NCBI GenBank assembly: GCA_963840855.1
Contig: CAWJBB010000074.1
Span: 9,214 to 73,213 of the forward strand
Length of the DNA stretch: 64,000 nucleotides
Direction of reading: 5' to 3'
Origin: an uncultured delta proteobacterium
GTDB lineage: Bacteria > Desulfobacterota > Binatia > UBA9968
Shown here: positions 11,695-22,528 of the stretch, in pieces
Layout: each line of letters opens with the position of its first letter
How positions within the stretch are numbered: position 1 is the stretch's first letter
Made by a program: the position numbers and the translations under genes
The notes under the pieces: generated by a model
The model's database searches: none
Told to the model about the DNA's origin: nothing
The model's input: the letters and a program-made list of their open reading frames with translations, nothing else

Positions 11695-14600
11695 ATGAAT
11701 CAGATTGAACGCGACGCTTTTACAACTATTGAAGGAGAGAATTCTCATTCTCGATGGCGCGATGGGGACGATGATCCAGACCCACAAGCTTGGCGAAAAG
11801 GAATTTCGCGGCGCGCGATTCGCGAATCATGCCAAAGATCTGAAGGGCTGCAACGATTTGTTGTGCATCACGCAGCCGGACTTGATTACGGACATTCACG
11901 TTCAGTATCTCGAAGCCGGCGCCGATATTGTAGAGACCAACACCTTCAACTCGACATCGATCTCGATGGCCGATTACCACTTGGAGTCGCACGCCTACGA
12001 GTTGAATCTTGCCGGCGCGCGGGCAGCGAAGAGAGCAGTGGAACTGGTGACGACAAAAGACCCCTTGCGGCGGTGTTTTGTCGCCGGCGCCATCGGTCCT
12101 ACCAATCGCACCTGCTCGATCTCCACCGACGTATCCAGCGCGGCGACCCGTGGCGTGACCTACGACGAACTGGTCGACGCCTATTACGAGCAGGCGCGCG
12201 GTTTGATCGACGGCGGCGCCGATCTTTTGCTCGTCGAAACCATCTTCGACACGCTCAACTCGAAAGCGGCGTTCTTTGCGATCTTGAAACTGTTCGACGA
12301 ACGCCAAATCAATTTGCCGCTGATGGCATCGGTCACATTCATTCAACCGGGCAGCAACCGCGGCGTGACTGGCCAGACCGTCGAAGCGTTTTGGAATTCG
12401 ATTTCCCATGTACCGCTGTTGAGCGTCGGCATGAACTGCGCTTTGGGCCCCAAGGAAATGCGCCCGCTGATTGAAGAATTGGCACGGATCGCGCCGATCT
12501 ACGTCAGCACCCATCCCAACGCCGGACTGCCCGATCCGCTTCTGCCGACCGGATTCCCGGAAACTCCCGAGTCTTTGGCGCCGCAGTTGCGCGACTGGGT
12601 GGACAACGGCTGGCTCAACATCGTCGGCGGCTGCTGTGGCACGACGCCGGCGCATATCGCGGCGCTCGCGGCCGCCGTCAGAGGAGAGCCTCCGCGCGCT
12701 GTTCCCGAAGTCGACTCCTACTTGCGCTTGAGCGGTCTTGAAAGCGTGACCGTCCGGCCTGAGTCCAATTTTGTCAACATCGGCGAACGAACCAATGTGA
12801 CGGGCTCGCCGGTGTTCGCGAAGCTGATTCTCGCCGACGACTACGAAAAAGCCGTGAGCGTGGCGCGCCAGCAAGTCGAAGGCGGTGCGCAGATCATCGA
12901 CGTGAATATGGACGAGGGCATGCTCGATTCCAAAGCAGCGATGGAAAAATTCCTGCGGCTCATCGCCGGCGAATCCGAAATTGCGCGAGTGCCGGTGATG
13001 GTCGATAGCTCCAAGTGGGAAGTGATCGAAGCGGGGCTCAAGTGCCTGCAAGGCAAAGGCATCGTCAACTCGATCAGCCTCAAGGAAGGGGAGGATAAAT
13101 TCATCGCGCAAGCCCGGCTGGTTCGCCGCTATGGCGCGGCGGTGATCGTGATGGCTTTCGACGAACGGGGCCAGGCCGACACGTTCGAGCGAAAGATCGA
13201 AGTCTGCGCGCGAGCGTACAAGATTTTGACGGAGCAAATAGGCTTTCCGCCGCAGGAAATTATTTTTGATCCGAACATTCTCACCGTCGGCACGGGCATT
13301 GAAGAGCACAACAACTACGCCGTCAATTTCATCGAAGCGACGCGTTGGATCAAGCAGAACCTGCCGCGAGCAAAAGTCAGCGGCGGCGTGAGCAACATTT
13401 CTTTTTCGTTTCGCGGCAACAATCCTGTGCGCGAAGCGATGCATTCGGCCTTTTTATATCACGCTATCAAGGCCGGCATGGATATGGGCATCGTCAATCC
13501 CGGCATGCTCGCGGTATATGAAGAGATTCCCAAAGATTTGCTCGAACTCGTGGAAGACGTGCTGCTCAATCGTCGGCCCGATGCGACGGAGCGGCTGGTT
13601 GGCTTTGCGGAGACGGTCAAGAAGACCGACAAAACCGTCATCAAGGACGATAACTGGCGTGATGGCACGGTTGAAGAGCGTTTGTCCCACGCGCTCGTCA
13701 AGGGCATCACGGATTTCATCGATCGAGACGTCGAAGAGGCACGGAAACAAATACGGCAAACCGTTGGCGGTCATCGAAGGGCCGCTGATGGACGGCATGA
13801 ACGTCGTCGGCGATCTCTTCGGCTCGGGCAAGATGTTTTTGCCTCAAGTGGTCAAAAGCGCGCGCGTCATGAAAAAAGCCGTGGCCTATTTGACGCCATT
13901 TCTCGAGGCGGAGAAAAAAGCGACGCAGAACGTCGACCGGCGCACCAAGTTAGTGTTCGCCACGGTCAAAGGCGACGTGCACGATATAGGTAAAAACATC
14001 GTCGGCGTGGTCTTGAGCTGCAACAATTACGACGTGATCGATCTCGGCGTCATGGTGCCGGCGGACAAAATCATCGACACGGCGATTGAAGAGAAAGCCG
14101 ACATCATCGGTTTGAGCGGGCTTATTACGCCGTCACTGGACGAGATGGCCCATGTCGCCACCGAGATGACCCGGCGCGGTTTGAATGTCCCGCTGCTCAT
14201 CGGTGGCGCAACGACGAGCAAGCGCCACACGGCGGTCAAGATCGCGCCGGCGTATAAGCATGAAACGATTCACGTGATCGACGCTTCCCGCGCCGTGCCG
14301 GTGGTCGGCGCATTGATGAGGCCCGACACACGCAAGGCGCTGGATACGCAAAATCGTAAAGATCAGGAGGAGGCCCGCGAACAGTTCGAAAACCGCGTCG
14401 GTACACAATTGCTGACCTACGAAGAGGCATTGCGCCACAAACTGCACACGGAATGGGACGATCAGCATATCGCCGTGCCGGAATTTACGGGGCGGAAAGT
14501 CTTGAAAGATTTTCCTCTCGACGCGCTGGTGCCGTTTATCGACTGGTCACCGTTTTTTCACACCTGGGAAATTCGCGGCCGTTATCCGGATTTGCTAAGC

Positions 14601-15392
14601 GATCCGACCCGGGGCCCGGCAGCTCGCGAGTTGTTCGCCAACGCGCAGGAGCTACTCAATGAAATCGTCGAAAAGAGATTATTCACGGCCCACGGCGTCT
14701 ACGGCTTTTTCCCGGCGAACAGCGACGGCGACGATATTATCGTTTATGCCGATGCGACGCGCGCGAACGAGCAGGCGCGCTTGCACACGCTGCGCCAGCA
14801 GAAGGACAACCAGCGCGGCAAGCCGCAATTGGCGCTTGCCGACTTTATTGCGCCGCGCGAGAGCAGGCGGGTCGATTACATCGGCGCATTTGCCGTTACG
14901 ACAGGCCATGCTTGCCAGGATCTGGCGGAGCGCTTCGAAAAAGACCACGACCAATACAATTCCATCATGGCCAAGGCGCTGGCGGACCGGCTCGCCGAAG
15001 CTTTTGCGGAGTGTCTGCACAAGCGCGCGCGCGCCGAGTGGGGCTACGGCAAAGAAGAGAAATTCAGCATAGAAGATCTGATCGCCGAGAAATATCGCGG
15101 CATTCGCCCGGCACCGGGTTATCCTGCCCAGCCCGACCACACGGAAAAGCCGATCATCTTCGACTTGCTGAACGTCGGCGAAGCCGCCGGCATAACGCTC
15201 ACGGAAAGTTTCGCCATGTATCCGGCGGCGTCAGTGTGCGGGCTCTACTTCGCGCATTCTGAAGCACATTACTTTGCGGTGAATTCCATCGGCAAGGACC
15301 AGGCGGAGTCCTACGCCGCCCGCAAGGGCATGACCGTGGCGGAAGTGGAACGCTGGCTGTCGCCGATCCTCGGCTACGATCCAGCTAAGTAG
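11695..15392 (+). CDS. metH: Cobalamin-dependent methionine synthase (apparent frameshifts near 11712 and 13750)
   Basis: [24 protein letters not shown], then in a second frame [18 protein letters not shown] and [15 protein letters not shown]. The two ORFs join to a full-length MetH. Confidence 0.95.
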
Positions 15393-15425
15393 TCCTAGTG
15401 GGTCGGCATTGTAGCGATTAGCAGG

Positions 15426-15569
15426 TCATCGTCTCACTTGGGATAGGGCCCCCCGGAGGACGCTGGAGTACATCGCGTAGAAGTTGCCGGCTTTGGCGTG
15501 CACCGTCTGGCGCAGGCGACGGATCGAATCGTCCGCGCTGAATAGGGGTGTTCTTATTGGGTTTGTCAT
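15426..15569 (-). pseudogene. 5' remnant of an aminotransferase class IV (D-amino-acid transaminase/ADC lyase-like) gene
   Basis: Translates MTNPIRTPLFSADDSIRRLRQTVHAKAGNFYAMYSSVL(RG); FxAMYSSV is the N-terminal motif of this subfamily. Stops after 47 aa. Confidence 0.55.
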
Positions 15570-15579
15570 ACGAGCTTCG

Positions 15580-16527
15580 CTACGGCAGAAAACTTAGATC
15601 GATTAGCTGCTGTGGGCTGAGCGTCTTAGCCTTGGGGTCATCTTCAACCGCGGCGTCGAGAACTAGTTGCATGCCTTTAACCGTCGGCTTCCCGTCGGTG
15701 GGCAGGGTTTTTTGCCGCAATGCGAAACCGATTTCCCCGACCTGGCGGTCGTCAACCTTCAAGAGTTGCATCGATTTCTTGATGGCCTCGTCCTTGTGGG
15801 AAAAATAGTATCGAATGGATTCAAGATATGCGCGCATGAAACGCCTTGCAGTGTCGCCCTGGGACTTGAGATAATCGGTGCGCGAGCCGATCCCAACATG
15901 CTGGTATTCGATGCCTTTCTCGACGAAATCCAGCAGTGCATTAAAACCCAGCTTTCGGCCGATGAAGGCGACATCCGGCGTTAACACGGTGGCGTCAACG
16001 GCGCCGCTCTTCAGTGCGACCACGCGCGCGTCCTGGCCGCCCGTCTGAATTATTTGAATATCGCTCTTTGGATTGAGTCCCAGTTGTGTCGCGGCAAGTT
16101 TGACGACAAAATCCGTGTTGCTGCCAAAGCGGCTAATGCCGACTTTCTTGCCCTTGAGTTGTTCCGCGCGGGTGATGTTCTCCCGCGCCACGAGAACATA
16201 GGGCAAAAGGTTGTTCACGCCGCCGATCATTCTCAAATCGGCGCCTTTCAATTGCGCATAGACCAGGGGCGTTCCGCCGGCCAGTAAAAGATCCAAGCTT
16301 TTGCCGATGAGCGCCTGCATCGAAAGGGAACCACCGGGAATGTAAATCAGTTCCAGGTCAATACCGTGTTTCTTGAAAATCCCAACGTCTCGGGCAAGAT
16401 AGAATACGGTCTCGTCCGAGAACCCATTATGACCGACTTTGACCGGAGTCAGTTGAGCCAAGGCACTGTTCGCGATGTTAATTAGCGGTACCAAAAACGA
16501 GAGAAATAAGAGCGAACGCAATCGCAT
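15580..16527 (-). CDS. ABC substrate-binding protein, NMT1/THI5/SsuA-like
   Basis: Signal peptide, GIFKKHGIDLELIYI, LKGKKVGISRFGS; AAGGAGG RBS before ATG 16527. Confidence 0.88.
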   Translation of the reverse strand: MRLRSLLFLSFLVPLINIANSALAQLTPVKVGHNGFSDETVFYLARDVGIFKKHGIDLELIYIPGGSLSMQALIGKSLDLLLAGGTPLVYAQLKGADLRMIGGVNNLLPYVLVARENITRAEQLKGKKVGISRFGSNTDFVVKLAATQLGLNPKSDIQIIQTGGQDARVVALKSGAVDATVLTPDVAFIGRKLGFNALLDFVEKGIEYQHVGIGSRTDYLKSQGDTARRFMRAYLESIRYYFSHKDEAIKKSMQLLKVDDRQVGEIGFALRQKTLPTDGKPTVKGMQLVLDAAVEDDPKAKTLSPQQLIDLSFLP

Positions 16528-16593
16528 AATTCCCTCCTTTAAGTTCACGGTTCCAGAGACCGATTCCGCTGAGTGCCCGCCGGCATTTATCAT

Positions 16594-17676
16594 CTAATCT
16601 CGTATATCCTGTAGGAACCACCCGGTCGGGATCTCTTCACCCAAGCCGCGCCGTTTAGCCTCGCGGAAGACGAAGCCGGCGGTAGAAGCGAATTGCAAAC
16701 CCTGCGTGCCGCTGTTGGCGAAGAAGGTTACCTGGTTTCGATCCGTACGGCCTTTGAGCTTGCCCGACATAACATCCGTCAATAGCGGGAAGTCCTGGGA
16801 AAAGATATCGACCTTCGGATTGGCTATGCGTTTGATTTCTTCCGCATTGCCGGCGACGACTGCGGCTTCGGCGCCGATCCGTATCTGGCCCTCGTCCAGA
16901 TTCTTCGTCGCCCGGCCCATCTTGATCACCAAATCGGATTTCTTGACGATTTCGGGATTCCATTCATTCGCCTTCACGCAGGTCAGGTGCATGCCCGGCT
17001 CGATTAACCCTGGGTCGTTGACGACGACTTGAATAGAGTCGGTGCAGGTGGCCACGATGTCACAGCCGCGCACGGCGTCTTCTGATCGCTGCACCGGAGT
17101 AATCTTGATTCCGAGCTTTTGGCTCATCTCAGTGGCATAGGTTTCCCGGTTCGTTGTTGTCGGGCTGTAGATTTTTACTTCGCGGATCTTTCTTACCTCG
17201 TTGAAAGCGAGCAGGTAGGCGCGCGCCATGCCGCCGGCGCCGAAGATACCGATGACTGCGGAGTCTTCACGTGATAAATACTTCGCGCCCAGCCCGGCGC
17301 AGCCGCCGACACGCATATGCTGGATGATACCGTCGTTGATAATGGCGAGAGGTTCGCCGTTGCGCGTGGAGAAAACCATGATAATGCCGCAAAAGGTGCC
17401 GGGCTCGACGCAATACTTTTCCACCGTCTTGCCTTCCGGCCATTCGAGCATGTCTGATTTCATGCGGATGGCGAAGGTTTCGAAGGTGCGCGACGCGCCT
17501 TCCATGGTACCCCAACGGTACATCAGTTTGGGATCGTCGTTGGGGACAAATAAATCGTAACGGCCGCGGTAGGCGGCGCGCTCATGGATGAGATCGCGGT
17601 AGCCGATTTCGAGGGCCTCGATGCAGCCCTTCATGTCGAGGATGTTTGCCGCGGTTTGGTTGTTGATGAGTAACAT
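16594..17676 (-). CDS. Ornithine cyclodeaminase/mu-crystallin family protein
   Basis: RVGGCAGLGAKYLSR, GIFGAGGMAR, DIVATCTDS. Confidence 0.88.
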   Translation of the reverse strand: MLLINNQTAANILDMKGCIEALEIGYRDLIHERAAYRGRYDLFVPNDDPKLMYRWGTMEGASRTFETFAIRMKSDMLEWPEGKTVEKYCVEPGTFCGIIMVFSTRNGEPLAIINDGIIQHMRVGGCAGLGAKYLSREDSAVIGIFGAGGMARAYLLAFNEVRKIREVKIYSPTTTNRETYATEMSQKLGIKITPVQRSEDAVRGCDIVATCTDSIQVVVNDPGLIEPGMHLTCVKANEWNPEIVKKSDLVIKMGRATKNLDEGQIRIGAEAAVVAGNAEEIKRIANPKVDIFSQDFPLLTDVMSGKLKGRTDRNQVTFFANSGTQGLQFASTAGFVFREAKRRGLGEEIPTGWFLQDIRD

Positions 17677-17745
17677 CGGATCTCCGATCGCGCTGGCACG
17701 ATTCTATTTCGTAGTAAGGAGCTAAATGCAAGGGCACGAATAAGC

Positions 17746-17768
17746 AAAAACGCCGCCTCGCGGCGGCG
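17746..17768 (-). terminator. Intrinsic terminator after DUF1178 gene
   Basis: CGCCGCC-4nt-GGCGGCG followed by T5 on the minus strand. Confidence 0.65.
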
Positions 17769-17809
17769 CTCATGATACAACTTTATCGATTGCGGTTGAC
17801 GAGCGGATA

Positions 17810-18271
17810 TTAACTATCGAGTTCCGGTTTCGGCAGCGCGACGACGGGTATTCCCTCCGCCGCCAGTTCCTTGGTTTCTTCTACGGTGGCGGTGCCGTGG
17901 ATGGGGCGTTCGTCTGCCTTGCCGTTGTGGATCTGCCGGGCTTCCTCGGCGAAGCGCGGGCCCACGTCCTCAAAGTTTTCATTGACGTAGTGATGCACCC
18001 GGATCAACATCTCCTTGAATTCGGCGGGTGACAACGCCGCGGCCGGCGCGGTGGTCTCGGCCTCTGATCGCTCTTTTTTGTTTTTGGGCGGCGCTAGCTC
18101 TTGCTTTTTTACGTGCACGGCGCAGGCGTGCGGCACTTTTTCGACTTTCTTGCTCCCACAGGTGGGGCAGGATATCTGTTTTTTGTCGGCCTGCTTCTGA
18201 TACTCCTCGAAGTTCGGAAACCAACCTTCAAAGCTATGTTTCTTGCGGCAAACGAGATTGTAAATTACCAT
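17810..18271 (-). CDS. DUF1178 family Zn-ribbon protein
   Basis: MVIYNLVC..HSFEGWF, CPTCGS, FEDVGPRFAEEARQIH..RPIHG. Confidence 0.88.
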   Translation of the reverse strand: MVIYNLVCRKKHSFEGWFPNFEEYQKQADKKQISCPTCGSKKVEKVPHACAVHVKKQELAPPKNKKERSEAETTAPAAALSPAEFKEMLIRVHHYVNENFEDVGPRFAEEARQIHNGKADERPIHGTATVEETKELAAEGIPVVALPKPELDS

Positions 18272-18374
18272 AGAATACTTAACCGTAACGTAATGATTAA
18301 GGTCCTTCAGGCGGCTTGTCAAGGGCGCCCGGCCTTGGTTCTTTTTCGTTCGTGGTTCAGTTTCGCAAACATTT

Positions 18375-18476
18375 GCAGGAGCGATCCCCTGTGGTCGCCC
18401 GTCCCGCCCTTCGACAGTCTCAGGGCGTGGTGAGCCCGTCGAACCACGGAGGGCAGACACAGGGGTCTGCCCCTAC
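18375..18476. repeat. REPIN-like pair of inverted REPs enclosing a CCCTTCGACAG.CTCAGG module
   Basis: GCAGGAGCGATCCCCTGTGGTCGCCC ... GGGCAGACACAGGGGTCTGCCCCTAC; insert at 18407-18445. Confidence 0.75.
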
Positions 18477-18563
18477 ATCGACGAATCGTTAATCAAATTG
18501 AACCCCTAGTTCTTGTGCTGGCAAGTTTGATGACGCAAAAACTCATGATAAGATCGGCGCTTG

Positions 18564-19725
18564 ATGGCGGAACACCTGGAGCTCAGAATCGTACGCAAGA
18601 TCGCCGAGGTCCCGCGTGATCGCTGGGATGATCTCGCCCGCGCCTGCTCGCCATTTCTACGCTGGGATTGGCTGGACTGCTTCGAGCAGACCGGCTGCGT
18701 CACCGAAGAAACCGGATGGCTGCCGCATCATCTGGTCGTTGAGCGGGGTAAGAATATTATCGCCGCGTGTCCCATGTACTTGAAGCTCCATAGCATGGGC
18801 GAATTCGTTTTCGACTGGGAGTGGGCCGACGCGGCCCAGCGCGCCGGCATTCAGTACTATCCCAAAATGCTGGTTGGCGTACCTTTTACTCCCGTCACCG
18901 GACAGCGGTTTTTAACGGCGGCAGGTGAAGATCGGCGCCAAGCTGATTCAGTACTTGGGACAAGCCCTGGGCAAAATCGCCGCCGACAACAAAATCTCAT
19001 CGGTGCACGTAAATTTTTGCGTGGCGGACGAGCGTGAAGCCTTGGAAGAAGTAGGATTTGTCCCTCGTTCGGGTATTCAATACCACTGGCAAAACCACAA
19101 TTTCAGCTCCTTCGACGACTACCTTGGAAGCTTTCGCAGCGAGCGCCGCAACAAGGTCAAGCGCGAGCGGCGCGAAGTGGCGCAACGCGGGATCGCCATT
19201 CGGGCATTTGAAGGTCCGGAATTGACTCAGGCCCATCTGCGATCAATGTTCCACCTGTATAAAGGTCATGTCGACCGGCACTATTACGGTCGCCAATATC
19301 TCACAGAAGAGTTTTTCGACGAGATTCATCGCCGGTTCGCCGAAAATACTTGCCTCATGCTGGCGCAGCGTGATGGTAAAATCATCGCTGGCACGTTCAA
19401 TATCCGCGATCACGTCGCCATGTACGGCCGTTACTGGGGCGCCTTCGAAGAGGTTCCCTTCCTTCACTTCAACGTCTGCTACTACTCTGCTATCGAACAT
19501 TCCATTCAAATGGGGCTCAAGCGCTTTGAGGCCGGCGCCGGGGGCAGCTTCAAGCAGTTGCGCGGGCTCGACCCGGAGCACACGACAAGCGTTCATTTCA
19601 TTGTCAACGGTAGCTTTCGCCGCGCGGTGGAGCGCTTTTTGACACAGGAACGCGAAATGATCCGGCACAAACGCGAGCTGTTGCTCGATCAAAGTCAGCT
19701 CAAGCGCGATCCGCGCCAGCCGTAG
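18564..19725 (+). CDS. GNAT/FemAB-like DUF482 family protein (apparent frameshift near 18936)
   Basis: PMYLKLHSMGEFVFDWEWA, YYPKMLVGVPFTPVTG, then YGRYWG, LHFNVCYY, FEAGAGG. Confidence 0.88.
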
Positions 19726-19795
19726 GTTTGGCGGATTGCGGCGCTTTTCTTGACAGACTGGGTTCTTTCCATTAACGTCGGCGCGGAGTGTACCC

Positions 19796-20572
19796 GTGAA
19801 ATTTTCTTGGAAGGACGCCGCTGAGCCGATCGTATTTTTCCTCGCCCTGCTGGTGCTCTGGGAAATTCTCGTCGAAGTGATCAAGGTGCCGGCCTTCATC
19901 TTGCCGCCGCCGCGGGATCTCTGGACGGCGTTCATGAAAAAACTGCCGATTTTGGGCCACCATGCGGTGATCACTTTTATCGAAGCGTTCGGTGGCTTTG
20001 CTCTGTCGCTGGTGCTGGGAGTGGGTTTCGCCATTTCCGTGGTTTACTCGCGCCATCTGCAGAATACGATCTATCCATTGATCGTCATTCTCTATGCCAT
20101 GCCCAAAAGCGCGTTCGCGCCGCTGATGGTGATATGGGTTGGCTACGGTCTATTTTCCAAGATTGCGATTGCCTTTCTCGTCGCGTTTTTTCCCATCGTC
20201 GTGAACACCGTCGTTGGCCTCAAGGAAGTTGAGCCAGAGCTATTAGAACTGGCGCGCGTTAACCGCGGCTCAGCGTACGATATCTTTAAGAAGATTCGCC
20301 TGCCCAATTCATTGCCTTATATGTTTGCCGGCATCAAAGTTGCCATCGTGCTTTCGGTCACCGGCGCGATCGTGGCGGAGTTCGTCGCGGCGAACGAGGG
20401 ACTTGGTTATCTGGTTTTACAAGCCAACTACAGTTTGGACACGGCGTTCGCGTTGGTGATCCTGCTCATTTTGGCGGTGTTGTCGTTGGGGCTTTTCTGG
20501 CTGGCGGAGATTTGTCAGAGAAAGTTAGCCCCCTGGAGCGCGGCGGTTCGGGAAGTCGAAGGCTCGTTTTGA
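19796..20572 (+). CDS. ABC transporter permease (SsuC/TauC type)
   Basis: FILPPP, PKSAFAPL, KIRLPNSLPYMFAG, GAIVAEF. Confidence 0.92.
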   Translation: MKFSWKDAAEPIVFFLALLVLWEILVEVIKVPAFILPPPRDLWTAFMKKLPILGHHAVITFIEAFGGFALSLVLGVGFAISVVYSRHLQNTIYPLIVILYAMPKSAFAPLMVIWVGYGLFSKIAIAFLVAFFPIVVNTVVGLKEVEPELLELARVNRGSAYDIFKKIRLPNSLPYMFAGIKVAIVLSVTGAIVAEFVAANEGLGYLVLQANYSLDTAFALVILLILAVLSLGLFWLAEICQRKLAPWSAAVREVEGSF

Positions 20573-20597
20573 TTCTTTGTTTGTGGAGGTTTCAACG

Positions 20598-21604
20598 ATG
20601 CTTAAGTTCCATCGGTTGATGGGGCAAGTCGGCGCATTGGCGCTCGTCGTTCTTGGCGTGGGTGCCGTGGCGCGGGCTGCCGAGCTTACGCCAGCGAACA
20701 TTCGCATGGATTTTATTATCGGCGGGAAGCATGCGCCATGGTATGTGGCGTTAGAAAAAGGTTTTTACGCCAAGCGCGGATTGGCGGCGACGATTCAGTC
20801 GAGCACGGGTTCGGCGGATACGCTGCGAACGATAGGCGCCGGCGGCGCCGACTTCGGTTTTGCCGATATTTCAACGACCCTCGTCGCCGCTCCCGTGGCA
20901 CACCAGTGCAGACGGTCGCGCAGTTCGGCTACGTTCCCGCGACCATTTTGTGGCGTGAAGATACGAACATAAAGCAACTCAAAGATCTGGAAGGCAAGAC
21001 CTATGCGATCAGTCCCGGCCAAGCCCAATGGTATTTGATGCCCGCCTATTGCCGCATCAATAAGATCGACTACAAAGCCATTCAGCATTCAAGAGACGGC
21101 GGCGCCGCTCCAGCCTGCGGCGTTGGCGACGAAGAAGGCAGATTTTATCGTCATGTACCGCGCCTCAAACGACGAGATCGCCGAACTGGCGGCAAGCAAG
21201 GTGGGAGTTAAGCTTTCAACCGGATTTTCATGAAAGATACCGGACTCGATATCTACGGCACGGGTCTGCTCGTGAAGGAAGATGACGCGAAGAAGCGCCC
21301 GGAGTTCGTGCGCGCCTATGTCGAGGGGACTCTGGAGGGTTTGCGCTATGCGCGGGATAATCAAGAAGAGGCACTCCAAATACTGCTCAAACACAAACCG
21401 GAGCTGGACCAATATTTAGTGACCTTGCAATTGAAGAATGCCCTGACCGAGGTCTTTCTCCCGCCGGAGTCGATTCAGTCGGGCTTGGGTTACATGAGGC
21501 CCGACATCACGGAAAAAACCGTGAAGATCGTCAACGAGTTTTTCGATATGGGTCGGAAAGTGACAGCCAAGGAAGTCTTCAGCAACCAGTTTATCAAGCG
21601 ATAA
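20598..21604 (+). CDS. ABC substrate-binding protein, NMT1/THI5-like (about 3 apparent frameshifts near 20890, 21085, 21220)
   Basis: Signal peptide, HAPWYVALEKGFY, DLEGK and GLDIYG in successive frames; lies between permease and ATPase. Confidence 0.8.
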
Positions 21605-21629
21605 CTCATCGAAGGCTATAACCCACGCC

Positions 21630-22424
21630 GTGCCGCCTCTGATCGCCATCGAAGAAGTCTCACGCGTCTTTACCGGCGGCGCTCGAACGGTGACGGCGCT
21701 GGAAAACGTTTCTTTTGAAATTCAAGCTGGAAATTTCGTCTCCATCGTCGGACCGAGCGGTTGCGGCAAGAGCACGTTACTGAAGATCATTTGCGGACTC
21801 TTGCCGGCTTCCTCGGGCGCGGTCTCTGTTAGCGGGCGGCGGGTCGACCAGCCTTTAGAAAACGTCGGCATGGTGTTTCAAGCGCCCGTGCTGCTCAAGT
21901 GGCGCTCGGTGCTCGGCAACGTTCTTTTGCCCGTGGAGTTCGCCAAACTTGATATTGCGGGCTATGCCGACAAGGCCCGCGGTTTGATCAAGCTAGTGGG
22001 TTTAGGGGGGTTTGAGGAGATGTATCCGCACGAGCTTTCCGGCGGCATGCAGCAACGCGCTTCTCTCTGCCGCGCTCTAGTGACGGACCCGCAACTTTTG
22101 CTGATGGACGAGCCCTTTGGCGCGCTGGATGCGATGACGCGCGATGAGCTTGACATGGAGCTTCTGCGGATCTGGGAAGAGCGCAAGAAGACCGTTTTGT
22201 TTGTCACCCACAGCATTCAAGAAGCGGTATTTCTTTCCGATCAGGTCTTTGTCATGTCGGCGCGTCCGGGCAGGCTGTTGGAGACTATTCCTATAGAGCT
22301 GCCGCGACCCCGGACAATGGAAATGATGAGCGCGGTAAGATTCGGCGAGTACACACTTAAAATCCGCGCGCTGCTTGCCGCGGCCGGCGGCGCCGCGGGG
22401 CCGGTGGTTGGCTCCACCATGTGA
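21630..22424 (+). CDS. ABC transporter ATP-binding protein (SsuB/TauB type)
   Basis: GPSGCGKST, LSGGMQQR, LLMDEPFGALD, VTHS. Confidence 0.95.
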   Translation: MPPLIAIEEVSRVFTGGARTVTALENVSFEIQAGNFVSIVGPSGCGKSTLLKIICGLLPASSGAVSVSGRRVDQPLENVGMVFQAPVLLKWRSVLGNVLLPVEFAKLDIAGYADKARGLIKLVGLGGFEEMYPHELSGGMQQRASLCRALVTDPQLLLMDEPFGALDAMTRDELDMELLRIWEERKKTVLFVTHSIQEAVFLSDQVFVMSARPGRLLETIPIELPRPRTMEMMSAVRFGEYTLKIRALLAAAGGAAGPVVGSTM

Positions 22425-22455
22425 AATTCGCTCAACCCTGCGCTATGATGCGACG

Positions 22456-22484
22456 GTAGGGGGCGTATGGCGATACGCCCGTAC
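22456..22484 (+). repeat. GTAG-tagged REP palindrome
   Basis: GTAGG-GGGCGTAT-GGCG-ATACGCCC-GTAC. Confidence 0.7.
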
Positions 22485-22528
22485 TCACCTGAAATCATCG
22501 CGGCAAAGACAACCCCAAAAATAACCCA

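Noticed and set aside
11726-13444. Long antisense ORF (572 aa), and similar ones opposite typA, mgtE, gpmI and the GH13 gene
   Set aside because: Shadow ORFs expected from GC-rich codon usage opposite well-identified genes; no recognisable motifs.
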